Shown: positions 47,091 to 57,662 of the stretch, one piece after another | Layout of the letters: each line of letters starts with the position of its first letter | Numbering within the stretch: position 1 is the stretch's first letter | Origin: Klebsormidium nitens | Lineage: Eukaryota > Plantae > Klebsormidiophyceae | NCBI GenBank assembly: GCA_000708835.1 | Contig: DF237012.1 | Span: 1 to 64,000 of the forward strand | DNA length: 64,000 nt | Direction: 5' to 3' | Notes under the pieces: generated by a model | What the model saw: the letters and a program-made list of their open reading frames with translations, nothing else | Told to the model about the DNA's origin: nothing | Database searches by the model: none | Made by a program: the position numbers and the translations under genes

Positions 47091-50000
47091 TCATTCTTCA
47101 TCCTCCATCAGTGCGTCCAGATCCGCTTTGTTCCGGTCGAACAAGTTCCAGATCTCAGATATCCGCTCGCGGTTCCGCTGGATCTCCCACTTCCGGTTGC
47201 TCGCGCTCAGCTCCTGGTACGCGCGCAGCGCCTGCTGCAGCCGCGCGTCCTCCAGCTGGTCGATCTTGGTCGTGTGCGCGTCGTGCGACGCTTGGATGGA
47301 GTTCATCAGCGCGTCCTTGTCTTGCAAAATCTGAGCCGAAAACGAAGCGACGTCAGCTTAACGTCGATGAAATATTTTGAAGTAAAGAGTTGGAACGTGA
47401 GATAATTGAGGGCTGGTCGATCTTGGTCCTGAATGCGGCGTGTGAGGCTTGGACGAAATCATCGGCGGCGCCCTTGTCTTGCAAGATGTCACCCACCGCC
47501 GTCAGCAATTCGTCAGCAAAGTTGAACGCTGAGAGAGCGACGTTGGTTGCGGCCAGGTTGCGGCTGGTCGATCCTGGTCGTGTGCGCGTCGTAAGAGGCT
47601 TGGGTAGAGTCTATCAGTGCGTCCTTGCCTTGCAGAATCTGAGCGGAAAATGTACCAACATCCGCTAGACGTCAGCAAAGTGGTTGAAGCACAAAAGTTG
47701 CTACGTGAAGAGGAAAAGGTTGCTATAGGCTGGTCAAATCTGGTCGGGTGCGCGTTGTAAGAGGCTTGGAGAGAATTCATCAGTGCGTGCATGTAGTTGA
47801 AGCAAATGCACGGCCTCACCTGTTGGAGCTCCTCTTCCGAGTCTTCGAAGGCGCCCCCGGCGAACTTTTCAAGCAGGTGCGCCGCCTGTGTCCCCACGGC
47901 CTCAAAGAACGTGTTCTCCAGCGTGCGGATCGCACCGAAGAACGCCGTGTACTGCAGCTTGTTGGCGTCCATGATTTCGACGTACGCCTTGTCGAACTCG
48001 GTCCACAGGTCCTGCATTGGTAAGAATTTGACGTTTCTGAATTGAGATTCCCGCACGAGTTTCGAGAAGATGGCTTGGAAGCTATTGGTGCACATTGCCA
48101 AACGGAGTCGGCAATCCTGCAATTGGACCTTGTCCATCTGGAAATCACGAATACCAGTCTTGCAGTGCGTACACATCAGTCTACTGATTGAGATTCTGAT
48201 TGCCCGCTCGCATGCTGGTGGTTAGAGGTAGCGCTACTGTGTATCTGATGAGCAGATATGGTGGCTCTCGAGACCGTAAAGCCCAAAAGAAGCAGACTAT
48301 AACGTGCAAAACTCAAGCTTGCTAAAGCTCTTTGACCATTTGTAAAAGGAGACTGTTCTGGGGTTGACTCTTCGAGCATCTACAGGGATTCTGAATCTTT
48401 CGAGATGACCACCGCAATCTCGTAAAGCACAGTTCTGAAAGAAGGGGTTAGTCGTCGCGCTGAGCCGCACCTCCAGAATGTCCACTGTCTGCATCTCCAG
48501 CTCTAGCAGCCTCTCTCTCAGCCGGTCGTTCTCCTCCCGAGGGCCGCGGAGCGCCTCCTCGGAAGTCGCTGGGTCCAGCTTGGCGGCCTGGAAGGCCTGC
48601 AGAAGAAAAGAAAGACGTCAGAAGAAAGAATGAGAGACCTTTTACCTTTAATCAAAATGACGAAATGCAGTCCTCCTCGAGACCGGCCCGAAACCACCTT
48701 AGGGGACGAGTTAGAATGGCCCCAAAGTGGCCATACGGCCTAGCCCTGCCGCATTAGGACTTCAAAGCTGATAAGGAGCTCGACCCAGAACTCTGCCTTC
48801 TTCGGCAAGCTCAAAACTCCTCGAATCTTAGCGGTCGCCTCAGAAACATGAAACAAATCGTGGCCCATTATATTCGGAAAGACATGTCATTTAGGTGGCC
48901 CGAAAGGGCTGGGTATGTCTGCGGATTCGAAAGTCTTGCCTTCTTTCGAGCGCTCTCGAAAGCGCTGACGAGCGCGCGCGCGGCCGCGTTCTTGTCGGCC
49001 GTCGCGCGCGCGACCGCGTCCTGCCAGAGCTGCCGCTCGTCTGCCACCTTCTTGTGCTGCTCCAGGATCGCGGTCCGGAAGTCTTCCGTCAGCGGAACGG
49101 ACTTGTCCCGGAACCTGAGCACAAGCAGATCGATAAGCATTGAAGCACGCTTCTTGCTCTTTTTCCGTCACCAGAATTAGCGACAGCGTCAATACTGAAA
49201 GCTTTCCGCAAAATATTGCTTAAACCTACAATACTTACGGCCAATACACAGGAGGCCTGCCAAGGTTTACAGCGGTTTCAACTGAATCAGAAAAAAAGGG
49301 TACTGGATGCAAAAGGGCAGGAGTAAAAGGAAGGAGCAAAAACAAAACGAAATTCAAAAGAGGAAAGAAGAGGAACGGCAAAGCTAATATCAAATATGAA
49401 AGAAGGGCTGCACGAAAGGCGCACTCACTCTGTCAGGGCGTCAAGCAGAGTTGGCACTTTCTTCAGTTTCGCATGCTCCGGGTCCTCCGCAATCATGTCC
49501 TCAAACAGTGTCCCGATGCCCGTCAGGTTTGCGGCCGCGAGGCGCGCCGCCTCTGCGGCGACCTCGCCCCGCTCCTTCTCCCGCGTCAGGTCGCCCTCCT
49601 CGCGCTCCTCGATCTCGATCAGCTCGTCCTGGTATTGCTCGCGCGCGGCGGTCACCTGAGGTGACGTCACAAGAGGGGTTTCAGAGTCTCGTAACTTGCG
49701 TCAGCACAGGGGATTGGGCATAAGACAGCCGTTGACCGTTCTTCCGGAGCGTTTGCTAGGCAGTGCTGGCGAGGCGGTGTTGAAGGGACCTGAAAGTGGG
49801 CCCGGCCTTTGGAAGCGCACGAAGGTTTGCTTTGAAGCGGGCTTGAGCAGAGGTCGGAGAAAAACATGCCAATCATGTGTTGTCGGTTAAATCATTCTAG
49901 TCGATGATGGCGACTTTGTTCTCCGAGATTTGGATTGCGCAACCTGGAAAGAAGATAAGGGCGGGGACAAGGGAACGCACCGCTGCAGCCTCCACCGTCC

Positions 50001-52771
50001 GATAGTCGAGGTACTTGAGATCTTTGACGTGCGCGATCACGTAGTTTTTGTACTCAGGATCCTGCAAGAATACATATGATACCTCTGTCTCTGTGTTGTT
50101 GCTCTGTGCGAAGCGATCGCAGAAGATTGGCCTTGTGTGCGAGAGATCTGCAGAGACGCACTCGCACAATCAAGAACATGCATCCTTTTGTGCAAGTCCC
50201 GCCGCTTCCCTGCGAGACCAAACCTTGTGTGCAGATAGCCCTGGAAATGCGCGAGACAAGCGTTGACAGTTACCGAAACCCTTCCGGCATCGTACTGAAT
50301 GACGTCTCTCTCACCTTGCCAAACGGGTTACCGTCTAGGTTCAGGAGTCGCAGATTCCGTAACCGCCTCAGGTACAGTAGCTGGAGAGAAACGGAGATAT
50401 TCATGTGGTCAACGGAGAAGCGAATGCAGAGCAGGCGAAGAGAGAGTGTACGAGGCCTCCATTCGCGCGCACGAGCCCGAGTTCAAGCACAGAATCCCCC
50501 TGATTGCCCGCACAAGCAACCGTGGACTCATTTGTTGGCAAAGTTCACTTGTTCAAACAAGGCATACCGTGAGCAGAGAAAGGCCCGGAAAAGAAGCGGG
50601 AAGTCTATCCACTGGTTGAAACCCCTCGTTGGAGGCAGGTGACCTGTAATTTTAGGACTGTTTGGGCGGCGCGACCGAGTTCTAGTGGAGACATGCCCGA
50701 TTAAGATTCCGACCTTCGTCAAGGTCTGCGAAGAAGCAACCTCTGTTTCTTATCGGTTTGGGTGCTCTGGGCGCTACAGTGAGACGACTGTCGACTATTC
50801 ACCGGATATAGAATGCAAAGGTCTAGTGCTTCAGTTCTTCTTTAAGTTGGAATACGGCAAAGCAAGCTTTACCTAAGAGTTCGGAGAAAATGAAACCACC
50901 GCCGCCGAAGCTCACGCTGTCAAGGTTCTTCAGATTGTTGTTTCCCAGGGATAGGACGTTCAGGTTGGAGAGACTGTCCAGCCCTTCAATCTTGTCAATC
51001 TTGTTGTTGAACAGCGACAGGTCTGTCAACTTCGTCAGCGACTCCAGGCCTTCTATTTTGGTAAGGTTGTTGAATGACAGGTCTGCAAAGAGAAAAGTCG
51101 AAAAACTTTGCAGAGCAAAGACCTTGGATTTCATCTCCTCAGGTTGGCCATCTGCTTAACGTAGTCTGCTCACTTCCTGCTCCGTGATTGACCCTTTCTC
51201 CGAGGGCCGTACAGGCGCACGGGCAAGAAGAGCTAATGCTAATGCGAATGAGCATGAGCTTGCTTTTCAATCCCGACCTTCCTTTGTGTACGAAATTTTG
51301 TCACATTACAAGTCAACGGAGGCGTTCGCAAGATTTGGAAACTTGCACTGTATGTTAAGGTGCCTCAACATCACTTGGGACCTTGCTTTCACATTCCCGC
51401 CTCCCAAAGCCTCCCATGGCCTAGCCTGCACCTGCCAGAACGGGGCTGATGTTATGTCGGAAACCGATGAATCTGAGCGAAAGTAGCATTTTAGAGATGT
51501 ACGTGCAGGAAACACAAAGGCGTCATCCCATCCGTCTCAGCTCTCAAAGATTTCACTCGACCCTAGGTTGTAGGGTAGCAGAAACGAAGTGAGGGTCTGT
51601 CTCGCCAACTCACCGAGCCATGTCAGGTTGGTCAAATGGCTCAAGTTCTCAATCTTGGTTATGGAGTTGTTGTCCAACTGCAGTTTGGTAAGACTGTCCA
51701 GGCCCCGCAGATTATCAATCTTCTTGATACCTGCAGCAATCTCCTGAAACGTCATTGCAATTGCACGGTAATTGCTCAAGCCATCACTTCTTGCCTGGCA
51801 TCTTTCCAACAACCTGCCTCTACTGTCGAACCCCGCAACTGCTGAAGAGATAGACAGAAAAGGCAAACTTCTGACTGCACAGTTGCTTTGTCCCTTCTGC
51901 ATAGCTTTCTGTTTCTGCTTTCAACATCATTGAGTTGGGTCAAACTTAGCAGTTAACGTTGTTTGTCGTATCCAGACCCGTTCCCTAGACATTCAGCCGT
52001 TTTGTTGGCATGACGTGAAGAAACGTGTTCTTGACCGTACTGAGCTTTTCCTTTGCGGCCATGAATCAAGGAGATGAGTCTTACGCTTGAAGCTGGCTAT
52101 AAGAGACTGTGTTTCCCTCAAGGAGATTACAGGCTCAATGGTTTGCCCAGGCTCTCCTTTGTTGAGCACCTGCAGTATACCGCAGCATATTCAAGTCAGC
52201 AATACCATTTCGTCAAGTGTGGCGTAGACTGGGCGGCCAATTAGAATTGTTATAAGAGGGATGGAAATTTGCTGCTTCAATGCGAGCAAAGGTCGCCAGA
52301 CGCGGACTGTCGTAACTTTTTTATTCAAGGAAGACCCATGAAAGCCTCAGCATTTATCAGTCTTGAATCAAGCCAAGTGGTGGTCAAGTCGAGTCACTTT
52401 GTTCTTCAGTTCTTGAAAGTCACACCGACAAGCTTTGGCAAACTAAAAACTATCAGCAATTTGTGCAGATTATGTGCTCAGTCGAAGAAGACTGCAACTA
52501 GCAGCTTAAAGAACGGCGTTACATAATGATCTTGATGGGCCAATATTAAAATATTGAAAGGACAATCCAACAAAAGTCAGAGATCTAGCCCTCAACTTTA
52601 CAATCTTTTGCACTGGTTCAATTTTGAATCTTGCATAGTGACTTCCCTTCATTACCACCAACAGTGTGTAATGATTGCACGTAGTGATTGGGCAGTGATA
52701 AGCCAGCTCACCTTCACACATTCTCTGATAAGCTCCTCGGTGATCACATTTGCTTCGTCACTCCCGTCCAT
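47091..52771 (-). CDS. DRC3: Dynein regulatory complex subunit 3 (LRRC48): leucine-rich repeats plus coiled coil (11 exons, about 511 aa)
   Basis: Exons 52712-52771, 52085-52169, 51614-51730, 50916-51082, 50315-50380, 49981-50061, 49429-49655, 48940-49114, 48471-48596, 47820-48011 and 47091-47330 join in frame (1536 nt); intron 8 is GC-AG. N-terminus [12 protein letters not shown]. LRRs [18 protein letters not shown] and LDLSFNN...LSLFNNKI...LSLGNN, then [29 protein letters not shown]-terminus [23 protein letters not shown]...RNRERISEI, recognised as DRC3-like. Confidence 0.92.
47250..47800 (-). repeat. Four units of about 150-165 bp copying the DRC3 last-exon acceptor and exon start
   Basis: Variants of GCTGGTCGATCTTGGTC...GCTTGG...CCTTGTCTTGCAA at about 47255 (real exon), 47411, 47561 and 47728. 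Confidence 0.88.
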
Positions 52772-54308
52772 CTTGCTATCTCAGTGCCACGTCCACAAAC
52801 AAGATTCCAGTCTCTCTCAGTTGTGTGTTTCAACGAGCCCCTCTAATATGCTACTATGCTAGGGGCTGCAGGAAGTTTTGCCTTCTCTCAGCCAAACCGC
52901 TCATGCCATTATTAGTACGTGTTTACCTTCTCATTCTGTTCTTGGGCGCATGTCTTCGTTATAGCTGGCTGGCAACAGCTCAATGATCCTCAGAGCGGCT
53001 TCAAGCGAAGTTTGTAAAATCTCCCTCCTTGTTTCTTCATCGGAGAGAGTTCATGATTGGATTCTATGCCAAATGAGCTATCCAGTGGCAATCTGCGAAT
53101 TGCAATGACTGAATCTCTGTAAGAGAAAGTTGGTCCGACATGCTCAGCCATATCTGCAAGGTAACTAGGAAGTTGCCACGCCGCAGCTTGCTTTTGACAA
53201 TCTGTGTTGAGATTGCTGAGACTGATTGAAAATTCATGAAAGAAGACAGGAACTTATGAGCTGCAGATGGTTAGGTACCTAGGAACTCCTCACTTGAAAG
53301 CTCTAACTGCTTGTCAAACTTCAACACCAAGCTAACAAAGCGGCCGCCGCCATACGCGCGCACATTCCCAAATTGAATGTTGGCCATCCGATGCTGCACG
53401 TGATCGTATCTACGCCACCTTTCGGTCGCCTGCCAAGAAGTCAATCTGCGGACGGTTAGTACCATTGCTTGCAGTCAGGGCACCGACATTCTGTCAAGTG
53501 GATTTCGAGTCCCTTTAGAGTACTACATATCTAGCTCGGATCTTGATACAAGAGTACCAATTAGTGTAGGTAAGATGTTCTGAGACGACTAGCTAACGTC
53601 GTCTTACCTTGTACAGGTTCAACGCCAGATGTTAAGATCACTTTGCATGGCGGGAACGTGGCGGTGCACTGAGGCTGGATCTGAGGCCTGGGGCGGTATA
53701 ATTTCGCGACGAGTCTTCAACTGGTCCAAGATGAGCCGGGCACACCAAAATTTGGGTTAGCGAAGCTCTACTGTAGCTGTCGACAGCGTTGACCACCTCG
53801 ATTTCCAGGATCCATCCAGATTGAGTTTGTTGGAAGCAAATGCTGCGTTCCCGCGCAGCTTCAATGCCAATGGCATTGCATTGACATTGCCCAGCTTGGA
53901 TGGAGTCAGCTTGCCAAGTAGCTTGCGAACTTACACATTAAGGAGATGCATGGCATTACTAGGGAGCAGTACATGGGGATAAAGAAGGGCGTCCTTAGAG
54001 CCTCATGCAACAAGATTAGCTCACTCAATGAATGGTGCAAAGCGCTGAACCGTTGATGGTGGGGGCGCGCCAATAAGGAAAGGAGACAAGGGATTCCGGG
54101 TGCATCCCGAATGAAATGGACTCAAAAAGAATCAAATAGCATGAACGACAATCTGTATCATGAGGGGGTAGCTCTGTGTTGAACAGCAGGCTGAAGCACA
54201 AAGTCTTGAGAGGCGGGTAGGGCCCAGGAGGCAGGTAGTGACTGCCGCTAAAACACAATGGAAAAGCGCTCCTCTTGCTTTGATTACATCGCATAAGAGC
54301 GGGCAACC

Positions 54309-56132
54309 ATGGCACTGCAAACGGGGCCCGATGGCAGCCTGCCAGGTGTCCCTCTCAGCGCCCCGGCCGCCGCCCCACCCTTCCAGCTTCCACGCGCAAC
54401 CGGGCGCAGAACCAGCATGGGAGCCTTTGCTCCCTGGGTGCAAGCAGGCGGGATGACGTCACCCTTGATGACGTTACCAACGTCGTCAGAGCCCGAGCAG
54501 CGCCCTCATTTCCCAAGCGGGGCGCCTAGTTTCGTTGCCGTCCCTGAGCCCCATGCTGTGTCATCCGGGCAGGTTAGAATCGGTGGCGCGGAAAGCGAGT
54601 CAAGTTGGGACAGCCTGATTGCTGCGGTCCTCAACCATGGCCCGGTTCTAAACCTGGGGCAAGGCGGTGAGGAAGTGGCCAATGGGAACCGGTTATCACC
54701 AGTGCGGGAGTTTCCACTGTCCCCGTCACTGTTCAAGCCGGTTAAGGGGGGCATACAAAGTCCAAGTCTCAAACCGGAGGTCCTAAAGATGCTGCTGTCA
54801 AAACCCCAGAACCGCCCTGTCATGCAAAACCAGGAACGCATTCACACGAGCGTTCCACGAGTTGCAGCGGTGGGTGTGAACAGCCCCCTAGAGGGAGCAA
54901 ACCCGCTGCCGAGCCCGCAGGTTCCGGCCAGCCGGAGCGGCAGCAATCCGACCCTTCCAATCAAAAAGCGGGCACAATCTAACGGCAGTGGGACTGCCAC
55001 GTCATTGTCACAGGGACCCCCACTGAAAGTCGTTGCTTCCGAAGGGATCAACAGCCCGTGCCTTCCGGAAACCAAGCCGTTTCGGAGCGGGGACAGTGAG
55101 AGCACTAACCCAAGCCAGGGTTTGCTTAAGTCAGTGTCAGATACGAGCAGCCAAAGCGTCAGTCCTCAGCGCCGGCTTCGGAACGGGTTAGCGATAATCC
55201 CAAACCAGCGGCAGAGTGCACCGCTTGACAAGAACTTTGGGCCGAAGCAGCAGTTCGAGGACCGAAAGCGACCGGACGAAACGGACGTTCTGAAGATGAT
55301 GCTGTCTGCCCGAGAGAAAGAACTAGAGGCGGTGCGCCGGGAGCGCGACGCGGTGCAGCTGATGGCGTGCGCGACCAAGTCGCTGCTGGATCGGAAGGAC
55401 GAGGTGATCGAAGCGCTGAAGGAGCGCGTTGCGGCGCTCGAGGTGCAGGTTCGAAGCCACGTGGCTGGCCACGTGGGGGGCCACGTGGGGGGGCACGTGG
55501 GCCCCACAGAGAGCGAGGAGATAGCGCTGGCGGCGTTGACGGGCCTCCAGGGGGAGGAGAAAGCCCGCGTTGCTAGTTTCCGCAAGCCGCGGACGCCGTC
55601 GGTTACGGTGACTGGGGGAAGGATGCAGCGGATCCGGAGCTTCTCTTCTCCCCTGGGGCGGACAGACTCGAAGTCGAACCTGTGGCACAAGGAAAGCGCG
55701 CAGGGCCGGTTCGACGAGCGGTCGAAAGCTGACGGTCGAACGCCGCATGGCGCAAACGGGCAGGGTTCAAATTCGACGGAGCGGCCGATCGAAGATTCGA
55801 GGGGACAGTCGGACGTGCTCGAAGCCCTGATGGCGCTGCAGGGGGGGCGCCAAGAAGCGTCTGTTTCGGGAGGGGGGTCAGAGTCAAGCGGGGAAGCGCG
55901 TCTGTTGAAACAGTCAGGAGGGGCTCTGCCGGGGGAGAACCTCGGACCTAGGTCGGGAGTCAGAGGGAGCGAACCGGGGGGTGAGGCCCTAAGAAAGAAG
56001 AGGAAGCTGGAGGCCGGGGAAGAGCTGTCTTCCGGCGAGGAGGAACCGGGGGAGGTCATCGCGTCTCCAGTCCTCTTGCGACTACCAGGTCAGAATTCGC
56101 CGACTTGTTGCAGGCCAAAACGCAAGGAATAG
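54309..56132 (+). CDS. Hypothetical low-complexity (P/S/G-rich), probably nuclear protein with a central coiled coil, 607-aa ORF
   Basis: 1.8-kb uninterrupted ORF with a GC3-rich coiled-coil segment (LSAREKELEAVRRERD...LKERVAALEVQV), NLS-like RKKRKLE and (GHVG)n repeat. It may have upstream exons at about 53648-53696 and 53777-53918 (phases are compatible but unverified). Confidence 0.72.
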   Translation: MALQTGPDGSLPGVPLSAPAAAPPFQLPRATGRRTSMGAFAPWVQAGGMTSPLMTLPTSSEPEQRPHFPSGAPSFVAVPEPHAVSSGQVRIGGAESESSWDSLIAAVLNHGPVLNLGQGGEEVANGNRLSPVREFPLSPSLFKPVKGGIQSPSLKPEVLKMLLSKPQNRPVMQNQERIHTSVPRVAAVGVNSPLEGANPLPSPQVPASRSGSNPTLPIKKRAQSNGSGTATSLSQGPPLKVVASEGINSPCLPETKPFRSGDSESTNPSQGLLKSVSDTSSQSVSPQRRLRNGLAIIPNQRQSAPLDKNFGPKQQFEDRKRPDETDVLKMMLSAREKELEAVRRERDAVQLMACATKSLLDRKDEVIEALKERVAALEVQVRSHVAGHVGGHVGGHVGPTESEEIALAALTGLQGEEKARVASFRKPRTPSVTVTGGRMQRIRSFSSPLGRTDSKSNLWHKESAQGRFDERSKADGRTPHGANGQGSNSTERPIEDSRGQSDVLEALMALQGGRQEASVSGGGSESSGEARLLKQSGGALPGENLGPRSGVRGSEPGGEALRKKRKLEAGEELSSGEEEPGEVIASPVLLRLPGQNSPTCCRPKRKE

Positions 56133-56882
56133 TCACTCTGTGCGGAAGGAGGTGGTCTCAAAAGCAGTTTTGTCGCATCGATCACGAGTGTTGTGGTGCG
56201 AAGGGCTGCACGGAGGATGTTCAAATGTTCGAAAGCTAGAGGACTCTATAGGACGAGGCTTGAATGATTCGGCGAGTGCTAGCTGGTTGTTCCGAAGTGC
56301 CCAAGTTCGTTCTACCAGAAGAAGCGCACAAAAAAGCTTTTCTTAGCTTGAACTGACTGCACGACATACCCCGTGAGGTTAATCGCTCCTTAGATCAAAT
56401 GCATGCGACAGGCCCAAGTCAAGCCGATTAAAAGCGTTGTCCCGCTTGCTTATGGAAGCAGCCTGCTTAATGAGAACGACTGGTTGACCGTAGGTTTTGC
56501 AGCATTTTGGAGATGTTCTGTTCGTAATAGAAAAATGGAGTATGGATCCGAGTTCACCGTTAAGCCGTGAAGCATCAAAGCTGACGTCAGCCGTTTTGTC
56601 GTTTACAGTTAGCCCGTTCAGCCGGCACCTCAAGAATGCAAAGACGGCCGCCTCCTCACCGGACCATGCCGACTCCACAGGTTCGTCGCCTTTCTCAAAC
56701 TGACCTGGTATGAAACGACAATCAGACCCACGATTGCCAGCTGTCTGGTTCCCCGCCGGTCGGAGTAGTCCAAGAGGTACTTTTCGTTGAAAAGAACCCG
56801 TTGGGATTAGAGCTGCAACGCACATTTCTTTAAAAAGCGATTGTGCGGAGGCAGTTGGCCGAATCTGTGGAGACCGTGACAG

Positions 56883-57662
56883 ATGGAGTCAGAATCTGCC
56901 TCCTGCTGCGGCTTCTTTGTGTCCGACGACCACTGTGCATATTATGGTGACTCTTTGACCTTGGGTGGAGTCAGCGGACTCGTAACTCGTGCTTCTTACA
57001 AAGGTTGACCGTTGGCTGTTTTGCACCTTCTTTTCTTGGAACTCTTTCTAGAGCACGGAGTACCCAAGTCACCTGGCTTTAGCACAAAGTTTTAAAAAGC
57101 GACTTTTATCAACGAACTCGTCACTCCGTTCCAATGAAAGTCCCGTTTCCAATCCCAAGTACTCGGGCATCGCCCAAAGATGGAGTCGGCATCTTCCAAA
57201 AGCCTCCTTTTCCATTAGTATGCAGAACATTATGTTGCTCGACCGTTGCGCTGTTTGTCAAACAATTTGGGCTGAGTTTCAGAGTGAGCACTGAACCCGC
57301 TGCATCTTCTCGCAGACTCGGACCGCCCCATCTCCCCGGCCTTCTCCCCCGGGCAGCCCCGGTACGCACCGGGCGTGCACCGGGTCACCATCAGCAGCAA
57401 GCTCATGCCCAGGGTGCGCGCGCGCTACTCCTTCGTGGTCGACGCGCGGGGCCGTCGCAGCACCGAAAAGGATACGTGTCAGATCGTGTGTACGAACCAC
57501 TGTCCGCAAGGACGCAACTCGTTCGCGTCGCTGTCCGCTTTCACGAAGCGGCACGGGGACGGCGTCGGGAAGAGCTGGCGGCGGAAGCTGGTGCTCATCG
57601 ACGGCCAGGATCGCGCCGCGGGCAGCCTGTCTCGCTTCTTGAACGGCCTGGATGACAAGTGA
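56883..57662 (+). CDS. Small protein with a SAND/TDBD-like domain (2 exons, about 136 aa)
   Basis: GC3-rich exon 57316-57662 after the acceptor TTCTCGCAG; a phase-compatible first exon at 56883-56946 is tentative. QIVCTNHC...FASLSAFTKRHGDGVGKSWRRKLVL resembles the I.C....S..F.kH.G...K.W pattern of SAND/Tify-binding domains, judged by eye only. Confidence 0.5.

Noticed and set aside
18075-47800. Regularly spaced repeats that could be mistaken for CRISPR arrays
   Set aside because: Units are 60-180 bp, degenerate, derived from exons, lack unique spacers, and there are no cas genes; the DNA is eukaryotic.
51731-51902. In-frame extension of DRC3 exon 3 (VAGFDSRG...MTFQEIAA)
   Set aside because: A better-fitting exon 2 at 52085-52169 (...SLIASFKR|IKKIDNL) splices in phase, and the extension contains a TGACGT branch motif before CTGCAG, so it is intronic.
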